A DNA stretch of 59,148 nucleotides from Massilibacillus sp. (lineage in GTDB: Bacteria > Bacillota > Negativicutes > JARBTT01). The notes under the pieces are model-generated. The model saw only the letters and a list, made by a program, of their open reading frames with translations, ran no database searches and was not told the DNA's origin. The stretch is from positions 1 to 59,148 of the forward strand of contig JARBTT010000002.1 of assembly GCA_029240055.1 (NCBI GenBank). The letters run 5' to 3'. Below, piece by piece: positions 1-9,621 of the stretch. Each line of letters opens with the position of its first letter. Position 1 is the first letter of the stretch. A program made the translations under genes and the position numbers.

Positions 1-52
1 CGGTTTCTGGTGCATTTTGTGGTTTACTGCATAAAAAACAATTTACTCTCAT
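1..52 (-). CDS. hypothetical protein, 5' end only (runs off left edge)
   Basis: ATG at 52-50 with AAAGGAG about 8 nt upstream. Reads MRVNCFLCSKPQNAPET to the window edge. Lies beyond the late-operon terminator. Confidence 0.3.
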   Translation of the reverse strand, partial: MRVNCFLCSKPQNAPET

Positions 53-139
53 ATGACACAGCTCCTTTTAGTACTAATATTATTAAAACATTGTAGTTTA
101 TTTCTGCAAAACATTGATTATTCCTTCTAAAATAAAAAA

Positions 140-169
140 ATCCCCAACCTAAATTAATAGGCTGGGGAT
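140..169 (-). terminator. rho-independent terminator ending the late/lysis operon
   Basis: Minus strand AUCCCCA-G-CCU ... AGG-U-UGGGGAU stem followed by a U7 run (A-run 134-140 on plus strand). Sits directly after the stop of 175..561. Confidence 0.75.
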
Positions 170-174
170 TTTTA

Positions 175-561
175 CTATAGTTTAGCTAGTTTTTCCATTA
201 ACTTTTCAACTAAATAATCGTCTGCACCATTTAGCAACGCAATATACATTGTATTCCTAAATTTTACATATGAGCTAGATGTGGTTGTAATTTCTGCTTT
301 TAATTTTGCAAGTAATTCATCTTTCTTTTCTTCGACCGCATCAATGACTACAGGTGCTACCGTTGCAGCTACCTCGCTAGTTACTGTTGTTGCTGTAGTT
401 GTGTTTTCTTCTGACATTTTAACATCATCCTTCTTTTTATTATTTTTAATTTTATTTATGATATCTTCTAAAAGTTCCGGCAAATACTTGTCAGCTAGTT
501 TTAGAAAATATGGCAATAACCATTTTAAAACTGGTGTTATATAAGGTGTTATGTATTGCAT
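175..561 (-). CDS. hypothetical protein (last gene of late operon)
   Basis: 128-aa ORF with a hydrophobic/amphipathic N-terminus, a T/A/V-rich linker and a helical C-terminus. Same strand and spacing as the lysis genes. Confidence 0.6.
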   Translation of the reverse strand: MQYITPYITPVLKWLLPYFLKLADKYLPELLEDIINKIKNNKKKDDVKMSEENTTTATTVTSEVAATVAPVVIDAVEEKKDELLAKLKAEITTTSSSYVKFRNTMYIALLNGADDYLVEKLMEKLAKL

Positions 562-562
562 A

Positions 563-670
563 TTACCCCTTCTTTTTTATCGCATTCACAATACTAGCTC
601 CAATTGCAGCCGCTCCTGCGTTATACGTTGCATCACGAATTTTTACCCATGCTGATTTTAGCCAGTTCAT
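563..670 (-). CDS. small hydrophobic protein (35 aa), possible lysis accessory
   Basis: Hand translation MNWLKSAWVKIRDATYNAGAAAIGASIVNAIKKKG with a Gly/Ala-zipper-like segment. GGTGG SD upstream. Below the track cutoff. Confidence 0.3.
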   Translation of the reverse strand: MNWLKSAWVKIRDATYNAGAAAIGASIVNAIKKKG

Positions 671-672
671 AA

Positions 673-1194
673 TTAAGCCACCACCTTTCTATATCTTGGT
701 GTTACATCTTTACCGCCATTTTGCATTGACCATTTGAAAAGCATTAGCGGTGATACTTGATTCTGCTTATACTTTCTTAAAACAGTTCTACCACCAGATC
801 GTACTAATTGAGTCCACAACTCTGAGCAATCACAAGTACGCATGAAGTCTGGAAGGTCAATATTGGCAATCTTTTTCAAGAAGTAGGCAATACAAGAACC
901 GATAGAATAAAAAGAACCTAACATTTTTCTAGCATCTTTTTCTAATGCTTTCATGTTAGGTATCTCTATTTCTATAAATCTTGCATGAGAGTTGTTTATA
1001 TACTTTTCGGGGTCATGCAACCAAACGCCAGCATAAGGGTCGCTTTCTTCTTTACAGCCTGTACTTTCTAGCGTGGAATTAAATAAGATTCCAAAACTAT
1101 GCGTTATGTCATAGTATTCAGAGTCAGAAAAGAACTTAATTGCACGATCTATATTTGTATCGCCACCAACAAAGCCTAAGACTAATTTGTCCAT
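673..1194 (-). CDS. cell-wall peptidase, permuted NlpC/P60 (YiiX/C92-like)
   Basis: His-before-Cys order (ITHSFGI ... CDCSELW), resembling the CSE[LF]V motif of permuted papain-fold amidases. Adjacent to the amidase. Confidence 0.5.
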   Translation of the reverse strand: MDKLVLGFVGGDTNIDRAIKFFSDSEYYDITHSFGILFNSTLESTGCKEESDPYAGVWLHDPEKYINNSHARFIEIEIPNMKALEKDARKMLGSFYSIGSCIAYFLKKIANIDLPDFMRTCDCSELWTQLVRSGGRTVLRKYKQNQVSPLMLFKWSMQNGGKDVTPRYRKVVA

Positions 1195-1209
1195 CTAATC
1201 ACCTGCCTT

Positions 1210-1743
1210 TCATTTGATATAATCGGTAATTCCTCTTGCAATAGCTCTGGCAAAATCATCTTGACGGTCAGCGAGCAATTGTTCATCAGAATCATTTGTA
1301 ATAAATGCAGTTTCGACTAAAACGCCTGTCATATTCGTATTAGTCAAAACATACAAACCATTTTTGTGTGGTACTGCTGATTTAATACCTCTATCAGTTG
1401 TGCCTAATGAATTGATGATTTGTTCTTGAATACAATACGCTAGGCTTTCCCCTTCTTCTGATTGGTCATAGTACCAAGTTTCTGTGCCGTTAGCTTGTGT
1501 TGATTCTGCACCATTACAATGTAGGGAAATAAATAAATCTGCTCCACAGCCATTAGCCACGTCACAGATTTCATTTAAATCATTTAGTTGTACGATCTTT
1601 GTTTCATAGTCAACATTTTCAAGATATCCAGCAAGCAAATTGCCGATATTTAGAACAACGTCAGCTTCTTGTAAGCCTGTATTTTGGTTAACTGCGCCAG
1701 AATCTTCACCGGGGCAATGACCGGGATTAATTACAATTAACAT
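1210..1743 (-). CDS. N-acetylmuramoyl-L-alanine amidase (Amidase_3 type endolysin)
   Basis: INPGH, SLHCN, GTETWY and LVETAFITN motifs typical of CwlD/Amidase_3 zinc amidases. 177 aa, with no wall-binding domain. Confidence 0.9.
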   Translation of the reverse strand: MLIVINPGHCPGEDSGAVNQNTGLQEADVVLNIGNLLAGYLENVDYETKIVQLNDLNEICDVANGCGADLFISLHCNGAESTQANGTETWYYDQSEEGESLAYCIQEQIINSLGTTDRGIKSAVPHKNGLYVLTNTNMTGVLVETAFITNDSDEQLLADRQDDFARAIARGITDYIK

Positions 1744-1782
1744 CTATATTTTCCTCCATTTTCTTAAATTAAAATACCGCGA

Positions 1783-2184
1783 CTACCTTCGCATATTGGT
1801 AATCACGGTATCAAAACGATTCTGCATATTATTTTGTAGATTAAGCAATTCATTTTTAGTTACTGAGTTCTCAATTAAATCAGATACATTAGATTGAATT
1901 GCATTTACATCGTTTCGTAATGCTTTTTGACCTTCATCATGCACAGCATAATTAGTTACCATATTTTGCAGGACATTACCTAACATATCTACTGATTTAC
2001 TCATTGATTCTGTAGCTTTTGTATTGTTCGCAATAAGTACGTTTTGTGTTGATAATATAGGTGGTAATTTTTTTGCAAAATAAATAGCCAATCCAATAAA
2101 TGAAAGGCAAATTAAAATTGTGATTGGCGTACTTATCGCTTTATCAATTAGTGGTAATGCATTTTCATATGTCACATAATTCAT
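1783..2184 (-). CDS. membrane-anchored coiled-coil protein, putative holin/lysis accessory
   Basis: One N-terminal TM segment (ITILICLSFIGLAIYFA) followed by an N/Q-rich coiled coil. Lies immediately upstream of the endolysin. Confidence 0.55.
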   Translation of the reverse strand: MNYVTYENALPLIDKAISTPITILICLSFIGLAIYFAKKLPPILSTQNVLIANNTKATESMSKSVDMLGNVLQNMVTNYAVHDEGQKALRNDVNAIQSNVSDLIENSVTKNELLNLQNNMQNRFDTVITNMRR

Positions 2185-2432
2185 TCCTTCCTTTTAAAGC
2201 CAAGTGCGTTGTGATTATGTTTTAATTCATCTTCAAAAACTCTCTTTTGCGACTCACTCATTGTTATCCCTGCTTTAGTTAACGCTGGATAAATTTCAGT
2301 TGATATGTCACCAAAAAGCACATTGATAACTATAGGTACATAACTTTTAACCACTGGTTTGATAATCCGATACGATAATGCTATTGAGATAATTAGTATT
2401 GCAAGATATACGATTGTTCTTGATACGTACAT
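2181..2432 (-). CDS. small membrane protein, putative holin
   Basis: 83 aa with an N-terminal TM (IVYLAILIISIALSY), a second hydrophobic stretch and a charged C-terminus. Overlaps the next gene by 4 nt. Confidence 0.5.
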   Translation of the reverse strand: MYVSRTIVYLAILIISIALSYRIIKPVVKSYVPIVINVLFGDISTEIYPALTKAGITMSESQKRVFEDELKHNHNALGFKRKE

Positions 2433-2433
2433 A

Positions 2434-2565
2434 TTAACCCTCCGTTTTTGTAGTATCTTCCGAAACTATACTTTTACCGCAAGTAGGGTTTGTGCATATT
2501 CCGTTTGCATCTTTTGGATATCCACAAAAATCACATCTTGGAGTATATGAAACAGCATCACTCAT
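2434..2565 (-). CDS. zinc-ribbon mini-protein (43 aa)
   Basis: Hand translation MSDAVSYTPRCDFCGYPKDANGICTNPTCGKSIVSEDTTKTEG. ATGA overlap with the upstream stop. Below the track cutoff. Confidence 0.4.
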   Translation of the reverse strand: MSDAVSYTPRCDFCGYPKDANGICTNPTCGKSIVSEDTTKTEG

Positions 2566-2930
2566 ACTAACGCCTCTTTCTTTGTATAATATTCTGTATT
2601 TAAAGCTGACCCTTCGGCTAATATTGTAGCAGCCATAGCTGTATCTCCACGTTTTAACGCTCCCATATATGCTTTCATATTTTGAACGTTATAAGCATCG
2701 TATTCAGTATCAAGGGCTATCCTAGCTAAATGTTTGTCTAGTACATAAGCTTTTGTTGTTGCATCCCAAGTATATGTATTGTCTGGCGGTTGTGGTGGCG
2801 TAAAATAATTATCTTTTAATTCCCAACCATTATCGTAGTAGGTTTGTTTAGTATCATTATTTACCCAACCATTTCCCCAAGGTGGCATAGTTTGCAATGT
2901 ATTTGTGTTTGTATTGTAATATTGACTCAT
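2562..2930 (-). CDS. tail-fibre-associated protein (hypothetical)
   Basis: 122-aa ORF abutting the fibre gene stop. N/T/Y-rich N-terminus. Confidence 0.55.
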   Translation of the reverse strand: MSQYYNTNTNTLQTMPPWGNGWVNNDTKQTYYDNGWELKDNYFTPPQPPDNTYTWDATTKAYVLDKHLARIALDTEYDAYNVQNMKAYMGALKRGDTAMAATILAEGSALNTEYYTKKEALV

Positions 2931-5018
2931 TTAATCATCCTCCAAGACTTCTGCATAACATCCAATGTAACCAGATGTTTGATATGCACCATACATACGA
3001 CCAGCGCCCCCAGGCATTACGTTTAATCGCAAAACGGTGTTCGGGCTAGGGTCCTGTAAACATCCATAGCTAGTTGTGCCATTATTAAAGAACTCTATTG
3101 TTTTTCCTTTATTTGTACCTATAGCATCCTGTGACCAATAACTATCAAAATTAATGTTTCTAGTTCCCTTGAATGGATTTACACTTTCCCAATCTAAAGT
3201 TACTGCTCCACTAAACGACTGCCATCCTAAAAACTTCTCACGATTACCGCCTACAGCTTTTTCGCGTCTACCTGTCCAGTAATCAGCATCGTTATACTCA
3301 ATAATTTCACTGCTATTTGTTCTTGCGAAAGCTAGTGCAACGGAATTAGTTGGTAGCACATCATCAATAATTGATCTACGTCCTGTTGCCATGAGCGCAG
3401 TGTAATATCGTGCTACTTCTGCTTGTGTTAGTTCAAAGTTGCCAAACATAGCGTATTCAAGTATCCCAGTAAAATAATTTCCAGGAGCATCATATCCTAA
3501 ATAAGCTGTATTACTTGTAGTATTTAGTGTTGTAATTGTACTAACTGTTGGAGATTGCGGTGAACCTATATACACCTTTGCAGTAGTCCCATTGATTGCT
3601 ACAGCTACAAAAGTTGGTGTTCCTGTAGTTATAGGGGTACTTGTTAATACATAATTTGTACTAGCATTATATAAACATAAATATCCACTAGTATTCACCC
3701 ATAACATGTTTCCTGCTCCACTAGCACTAGGGCGATTACTCCACAAGCATTGGGCTGTACCATATGAGGGGATATTAACTACTCCAATATAACTAAATAC
3801 TGAAGCACAAGCAAAATTACCGACAGAAATATTTCCTGCTCCTGCAAATTTCCTCGATTTTGTCAAACCTATTTCAGAGTCAACAATCGTTGATCCTGTA
3901 GCTGCGCCATTGAGTGGGCTTGTCGTATTGCTATCCGCAACGCTTGTACCACTTGACTCACTAAATAAATATTCATGATAAGTCGAAGCAAATGTACTAG
4001 GAACTGTTGGGGCTACTGCACTATTTTTATTGTAAAAACAAGGTAACATAAGTTTGTTTGATATTTGTGCAATTTGTTGAGCTGTCCGAATAGCATTGCG
4101 AATTTCTACATAATCTATTGTACTTGCGGAAAAATATGTTGTTCCTATTGATGCTCTATGTATGTAAACATTTGATGCTGTTGAAGCCCAAGTGATAGCC
4201 AATGAATACACTAGCATTCCGTTTACATATACATAAAGTGTTGTACCATTATATAACATAGATATTAAATAAAAACTACCAGTAGTTACCGTATATTTAG
4301 TATCACATAAAGTTGAGTTTACAATTATTTCAATGTTATTACTGGGATTTATTCTAACTGTAGTATAAGTTGAAGTAGTACCGCCCATGCTACAAAGAGT
4401 TTGTGTGGTACTGTTTGTAACCGCAAGAAAAGCAATATCAATTTGACGTGTTGAAGCACCTATTGGAATATTTGTATAATTGTTACTTACAAAGTATCCC
4501 GTGCTACCATCTGGCTTTAATGCGTAATCAGTCCATCCATCAACACTAGAAATACCACCATTTGGCGTTAAGTCGTTTGCCACTGCTATACTTGATATTC
4601 CTACCGCACTATTAGGAATAACTGCGCCACTAGTAGTTTGATTAAACACCCAAAAAGCTACTGTATTATTGTCAATATATGATGTTGGTATTGTCGCTAG
4701 TGTTGATGTTACTGTTGGTGTTGTGCCTGCATTTAAGCATACTAATGATGTGCTTCTCGCTGGCAATGTTATCGTAGAATTACTAGCTAATTGGTATGTT
4801 GTTTCGTTAATTCTTGCATAACCACTATTAACCGTCATATTAAGACCGGAAATTGAATCAACATCTAAGCCACTAGATATAAAATCACCAATGCCTAATC
4901 TAACCCCATTACCGCCAGCCGTAATTGTTTCTTGCAGTCCTTCGGTATGGTTATGTGCGTTTAAATTTTCAATTGCAACATTTCTTTTTGTTCCGTCTGT
5001 AAGTGGTGTAATTGCCAT
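2931..5018 (-). CDS. tail fibre / receptor-binding protein with LamG (concanavalin-like) domains
   Basis: Two segments of the LamG_3 type (..LYVYVNGMLVYS.., ..AKVYIGSPQS..) and a T/S/N-rich beta-type composition. Last large gene of the tail module. Confidence 0.55.
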   Translation of the reverse strand: MAITPLTDGTKRNVAIENLNAHNHTEGLQETITAGGNGVRLGIGDFISSGLDVDSISGLNMTVNSGYARINETTYQLASNSTITLPARSTSLVCLNAGTTPTVTSTLATIPTSYIDNNTVAFWVFNQTTSGAVIPNSAVGISSIAVANDLTPNGGISSVDGWTDYALKPDGSTGYFVSNNYTNIPIGASTRQIDIAFLAVTNSTTQTLCSMGGTTSTYTTVRINPSNNIEIIVNSTLCDTKYTVTTGSFYLISMLYNGTTLYVYVNGMLVYSLAITWASTASNVYIHRASIGTTYFSASTIDYVEIRNAIRTAQQIAQISNKLMLPCFYNKNSAVAPTVPSTFASTYHEYLFSESSGTSVADSNTTSPLNGAATGSTIVDSEIGLTKSRKFAGAGNISVGNFACASVFSYIGVVNIPSYGTAQCLWSNRPSASGAGNMLWVNTSGYLCLYNASTNYVLTSTPITTGTPTFVAVAINGTTAKVYIGSPQSPTVSTITTLNTTSNTAYLGYDAPGNYFTGILEYAMFGNFELTQAEVARYYTALMATGRRSIIDDVLPTNSVALAFARTNSSEIIEYNDADYWTGRREKAVGGNREKFLGWQSFSGAVTLDWESVNPFKGTRNINFDSYWSQDAIGTNKGKTIEFFNNGTTSYGCLQDPSPNTVLRLNVMPGGAGRMYGAYQTSGYIGCYAEVLEDD

Positions 5019-5021
5019 TCT

Positions 5022-8000
5022 TTAATACCCCCTAATTATTGCTTTCTGTAATTTACCTGTGATCATTGCACCGTTTGCATCTAATATACACATATCGAAA
5101 TACTCATTGGTTTGATTGACAATATAACAAGTTGCTTGAACACCAGATATATCTTGCGTATATGGTGCAATTGAGCGTACTTCTGTAAATTTCTTAACGT
5201 AAGTAAATCGAGTAATTTCAGCAGCAATAGTTTTATTTTCAATAACTTCTTCAATATCTGGAACATCAATACCCACACTTGCGCCTGTAATAAATACCTG
5301 TCCCATTCCATCTGAGCTAGTTGGCAACAATTTAATTTGCACATACCTTCCAGAGAATTGTTTATTGCTTATAGATATCCAATCACTCCAAGCAACCCCA
5401 TCAAGAGACACTCTATATTCAATATCAATATAAGCATTTCCAGTGTATGTATAATCTACATTTACGCCAACAAAAGTGTCTTTAGCATAAGATGGTGTCA
5501 TATATTCATATGGTTTACCGCTAAATATATCAGCGAATAGTTCATAATCTCCAAGCGTATCAGTGCTTAAAAGTTTCAATGTTCCATCATGCGATATATA
5601 GTAGCAACTATCATCAATAATATTTTCACCTAAATCAATAGTTGGGAATGTTATTGATGCACCAGCAACAAAATAAAAAGGATGTTCAAATATATCAGCA
5701 AATATGTCATAATCGCCAAGAATATCCGTTGTATTTAAACAGTACGTATTATCTAAATTCAAGTACATCCCCTGTGTTACCCATGTACTCATATCTTCGG
5801 TGCGTTCGTAGATAATGTTTTTTACTGGCAAATTAACTACATTTACAATTGCTCTACCTGCCGTTTTTGAATAGTTATTTTTACCATCTATTGCTTTCAG
5901 CCAAAAAGTAAGCGTCCCTTCGGATGGAGCTGCAAACGTATATGAATTTGATGTGAACCTTCCAACGAGCGAAGAAGTTCCCCAAGTGTTACCGATTCTT
6001 AATTCGTAAGTATAGTATTGGTTACTGATACTAGAATCAAGTTTAGCAATAAGATTTTCGCCATCTTGTGTTACCGTAAAACTAGGCGCATCTATTGCGT
6101 CAGTACCTTCTATCGTATATGTGTAAGGTTCAACGTCTGAAAGTAACTGTTCAGCCGAATTAAACACATTGAAACTAGTTAGTTTTATATAAAGCTTTTT
6201 CCCTATGTCCTCTGTTTTGTAAGTATATCTAAATATAGCATCGTCAAGTCGAACAAACCTTGAACCTGCCAAATGTGATTCGATATCTGAACCGTAAACG
6301 CCACGTGTCAACTTACTTAAATCATATTGATTAGTTGCGGTTAATGTAGCATTTTGATAACCTATAATTTCACCATCAACCCAACAAAGAGTATTATTAC
6401 TTTCGGCATCAGCTTCTGACGATGTAAGTAATTCGCCACGAGAAATGGATAAATTCACACTCAAAGTATTGACTATATCATTAGAATATCCTTGATTAAT
6501 CGCTTTGGTTAATACCCCATGACGTGACGGTGCTGTTACTCGCCCAATTCTTTTATAAGTTTTGTCGTCATAAGATGCCCAAACGCTACATCCACCCCAA
6601 ATAAAACCTCCAGCGGTAGCCAAGCACAAAGTCATTGTATTGGCAATTTGTGCAGGTGGCTCGAAAATAATAGGGTCGTTTGCATTGCCCGGGTCGGCGT
6701 TATAATCAACATTTGCTCTTGTTGCGTCTTGGGTAGCATAAGTTGGAGCTGAATGAGTACCGCTAGGATTATCTTCGAAAGTAATTTCTAAAGTGTAATC
6801 TTCTTTTGATTCTTTAATGGAAACAACTCTTACTGCGGTTTCGTCAAGTCCTGCAAGTTTACAAGCTGTTGTTACTGCATCCATAGGGTCAAGCAATACA
6901 AACTCTTGCCCTAATTTTTGCACATATTGATTACGAACATAAAGCTGTTTTTGTAAAATGTTTTGTGCTACTGCTTGTGCTACTGCCTTAGAAGTAATTT
7001 CTTTATGTGAGCTCGTGCTAGCTTGTCTTATACCATATTGGTCAATATGTCCTTGATCGGTTGCATAGACAGTATCGGTATTATAATCGTTGTTTCTATC
7101 CGAAAATTCAAGTGGTTGAATATTGTAAGCATCTGCTTGTCGGCTACGAGTAATAACAATAGTATTGTCTTCTTGTCCTATAATATTATCGTCTATTATG
7201 TCATATATTGGATTTAAGCTGTCGTAATAAGGTATGAGTTTAAGCTTTCCTTGCGACCATACAGCATCGGAATTTGTAGCTTCTAAAGCTGCAGTGATAA
7301 TATCACTAGCTTGTGTTTGTGAAGTGATGGAAGGTGACAATAGGAGCGAATTATTTTTACAATAATTACTATAGTCTGACCAATCAGGAATATAGTCAGT
7401 AGGAAACTGACAACCAAATACTTGGTTAGCTACTAATTCGTAGATTACATCTCGTGGATTTGCATCTCTTGGAGTATATTGAACAGAGTTAGAAACGGCT
7501 TTATAACTGATTTTTATAGCTAATGGATCTTCTCTATCGTACCCATCGTCCCTATCGTCAAAATTAAACTTATAAATATAAACATTTTCAATATTATTAC
7601 CATAACTATCTTTTTTTTGTGTAATAGTATAATATCGGCTGTCAAGTTCTATATAACTATTAGGATATGAATACTCATATACGGCGATATTAGCAACAAA
7701 GTTGCTTACTTCAATTTCTTGTTGGTATGCATATTGATAAGTCAATTCATTGGATGGTGTACCATATTGATCTTGGCATAATCCATATACTTCAAAATTA
7801 TAATTAGCTAAACTAGCACTATCGCCTAGGTCTACTACGCCAGCAACGTAAGATATTCCAGAATACCCTAGTGCTTTTTCTGGATGTTTGGATACCATGT
7901 ACCCCCAAGGAGATTGACCTACTGAACCATTGAAAAATGTCAGCCCTTCTGCTCCCAAAGTTGTTACACTTTTGCTTTTCCATATCTTACCTACGTTAGT

Positions 8001-8276
8001 ACATTGCCCTTCACCTAAACAAATATCTACGGCTACAGTGTAAGTATAGGTTGTATTTGATGATGTTACGCCACCACCACCCTTGCCGCCAGATTCAGTG
8101 GTTGTAGTATGAGCAATTGCGACAAAATCAGACCAATCAAGCATTCCGCCAGAAACACGGTTAGTTCCAAACAAAAGGCTAATTGGCTTTCCATACGAAG
8201 ATTCAGTTACATTAAATGTTGACACCCTAGATGCAGTTGTACTTACACTACTACTACCGCCAAATAAACTACCCAT
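5022..8276 (-). CDS. central tail fibre / host-specificity protein (lambda J / GTA gp15-like)
   Basis: 1084 aa. N-terminus is GSLFGGSSS...GGKGGGG, as in J-like proteins. Follows the L/K-like tip genes. Confidence 0.7.
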   Translation of the reverse strand: MGSLFGGSSSVSTTASRVSTFNVTESSYGKPISLLFGTNRVSGGMLDWSDFVAIAHTTTTESGGKGGGGVTSSNTTYTYTVAVDICLGEGQCTNVGKIWKSKSVTTLGAEGLTFFNGSVGQSPWGYMVSKHPEKALGYSGISYVAGVVDLGDSASLANYNFEVYGLCQDQYGTPSNELTYQYAYQQEIEVSNFVANIAVYEYSYPNSYIELDSRYYTITQKKDSYGNNIENVYIYKFNFDDRDDGYDREDPLAIKISYKAVSNSVQYTPRDANPRDVIYELVANQVFGCQFPTDYIPDWSDYSNYCKNNSLLLSPSITSQTQASDIITAALEATNSDAVWSQGKLKLIPYYDSLNPIYDIIDDNIIGQEDNTIVITRSRQADAYNIQPLEFSDRNNDYNTDTVYATDQGHIDQYGIRQASTSSHKEITSKAVAQAVAQNILQKQLYVRNQYVQKLGQEFVLLDPMDAVTTACKLAGLDETAVRVVSIKESKEDYTLEITFEDNPSGTHSAPTYATQDATRANVDYNADPGNANDPIIFEPPAQIANTMTLCLATAGGFIWGGCSVWASYDDKTYKRIGRVTAPSRHGVLTKAINQGYSNDIVNTLSVNLSISRGELLTSSEADAESNNTLCWVDGEIIGYQNATLTATNQYDLSKLTRGVYGSDIESHLAGSRFVRLDDAIFRYTYKTEDIGKKLYIKLTSFNVFNSAEQLLSDVEPYTYTIEGTDAIDAPSFTVTQDGENLIAKLDSSISNQYYTYELRIGNTWGTSSLVGRFTSNSYTFAAPSEGTLTFWLKAIDGKNNYSKTAGRAIVNVVNLPVKNIIYERTEDMSTWVTQGMYLNLDNTYCLNTTDILGDYDIFADIFEHPFYFVAGASITFPTIDLGENIIDDSCYYISHDGTLKLLSTDTLGDYELFADIFSGKPYEYMTPSYAKDTFVGVNVDYTYTGNAYIDIEYRVSLDGVAWSDWISISNKQFSGRYVQIKLLPTSSDGMGQVFITGASVGIDVPDIEEVIENKTIAAEITRFTYVKKFTEVRSIAPYTQDISGVQATCYIVNQTNEYFDMCILDANGAMITGKLQKAIIRGY

Positions 8277-8723
8277 TTACTCACCAGCCCATTTATTAAA
8301 ACGATAAATTCCAACTTCATATTGTTTGTACCCTCTACGGTTAGAACGAATCACACCTTGTCTTGTATAACTGTGAATTATAAACTCATTGTCAATACAC
8401 ACAGCCGCATGGTGAGGTACTTTAGCTCCTTTAAAGTGATAAACAATAATATCACCTTTAATCGGTTCGCTTTCTACTTCTCGACAATACTCTTTAATCT
8501 TCATTAAATAAGTAGGTACAGCACAATGACATGCCACATCTTGGGCATAATGAGGTAAATCAATATGTTCTATTAATCCAACGTTTTCAAATGACTGTAG
8601 AATTAATGTACCACAATCGCAACCACCCTGTTTTACTCTAGCTTCTGGATGGTATTGCGTGTTTTCCCACGTTAACAATTCTTTTATTAAATTTTCACGT
8701 TCTAACTTTTCTTGTCCTGTCAT
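8277..8723 (-). CDS. tail-tip NlpC/P60 peptidase (lambda K / GTA gp14-like)
   Basis: Catalytic Cys context GGCDCGTL and His context PHHAAV. Size and position are typical. Confidence 0.7.
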   Translation of the reverse strand: MTGQEKLERENLIKELLTWENTQYHPEARVKQGGCDCGTLILQSFENVGLIEHIDLPHYAQDVACHCAVPTYLMKIKEYCREVESEPIKGDIIVYHFKGAKVPHHAAVCIDNEFIIHSYTRQGVIRSNRRGYKQYEVGIYRFNKWAGE

Positions 8724-8736
8724 ATAATATCGCCAC

Positions 8737-9621
8737 CTATAATAAAGTTTCTGGAACTGGGATAAATGGCATTCCTCTAAATCTAGCTAAGTTGTTAAAT
8801 CCTTGGCATGCTGTAATTGTTTTACTACATCCGGGATAAATCCTAAAAGTATCACCAACACTGACAGCTAGATTAAAAGGATGAAACAAAGAAGCAACAC
8901 CGGAAGTAAAGACTTTGACTGTCCTTGTAACGCCTATATTTGCACCAGTAATACCAACGATTGTTCCTTGTGTATAATAACCGCTACCAGTAGAAGTAGA
9001 AACAATACTAGTTTTCGAACTGCCTGCCTGTGCGGTAAATGTTACGCCAAGATTTTCCTTATTGATGCCACACATAAAATCACCAAATGTGTTTAAACAA
9101 GACGGTGACATTAAGTTTCTAGGCAATTGCGTATTTAATAATTCAAGTGCCGATTTTACCGTTAATGTTGCGGAAGTAAAACGTAATTCATCGGTATCCA
9201 TCCGTCCAACAAAACGCCCTTTTAAAACATAGTTGCTTGAAATATTAGGCATGATATAACTCCAAGGGTCAGGAGAATACAAACGGTCAATGCTAACTGT
9301 ACAATCATCGAAAGCACCACTTTGTAATGCTTGATACCAAGTTACGCCAAGCCCTGTAATTTTATCGAAAGGATTAAAATATATATCAATTGTTGTATCG
9401 GAAACCTTTATTCCTCGTTCTTCAGTTATATCGCCATGATCAATGGGCCAATGTTCGTAAATATTACCGCCAATACTTAATGTTGTATCATGCCCTGTAT
9501 ATAATAACGTTTGTCCGCTACTTAATTTAAACATATACAATTCTGCAATATACCAAGTACGCCGCTTACCCAACATATATTCTGTAAATAAATTTTGAAG
9601 AGCTGTAGATGCTGTTTTCAT
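8737..9621 (-). CDS. tail hub protein (DUF2163 plus BR0599-type C-terminus, GTA gp13-like)
   Basis: C-terminal CSKTITACQGFNNLARFRGMPFIP motif. Start set at the ATG in an ATGA overlap with the upstream stop (the track start at 9660 is less likely). Confidence 0.65.
   Translation of the reverse strand: MKTASTALQNLFTEYMLGKRRTWYIAELYMFKLSSGQTLLYTGHDTTLSIGGNIYEHWPIDHGDITEERGIKVSDTTIDIYFNPFDKITGLGVTWYQALQSGAFDDCTVSIDRLYSPDPWSYIMPNISSNYVLKGRFVGRMDTDELRFTSATLTVKSALELLNTQLPRNLMSPSCLNTFGDFMCGINKENLGVTFTAQAGSSKTSIVSTSTGSGYYTQGTIVGITGANIGVTRTVKVFTSGVASLFHPFNLAVSVGDTFRIYPGCSKTITACQGFNNLARFRGMPFIPVPETLL

Noticed and set aside
281-737. Plus-strand ORFs 281..544 and 510..737
   Set aside because: They are antisense to well-formed minus-strand genes. 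They have low-complexity S/F/L-rich sequences and no SD.
5081-5344. Nested same-strand ORFs (5081..5344, 11545..11739, 27025..27219, 49580..49768, 56908..57117)
   Set aside because: Each is an out-of-frame ORF wholly inside a larger, motif-supported gene, with K/L-rich nonsense composition.
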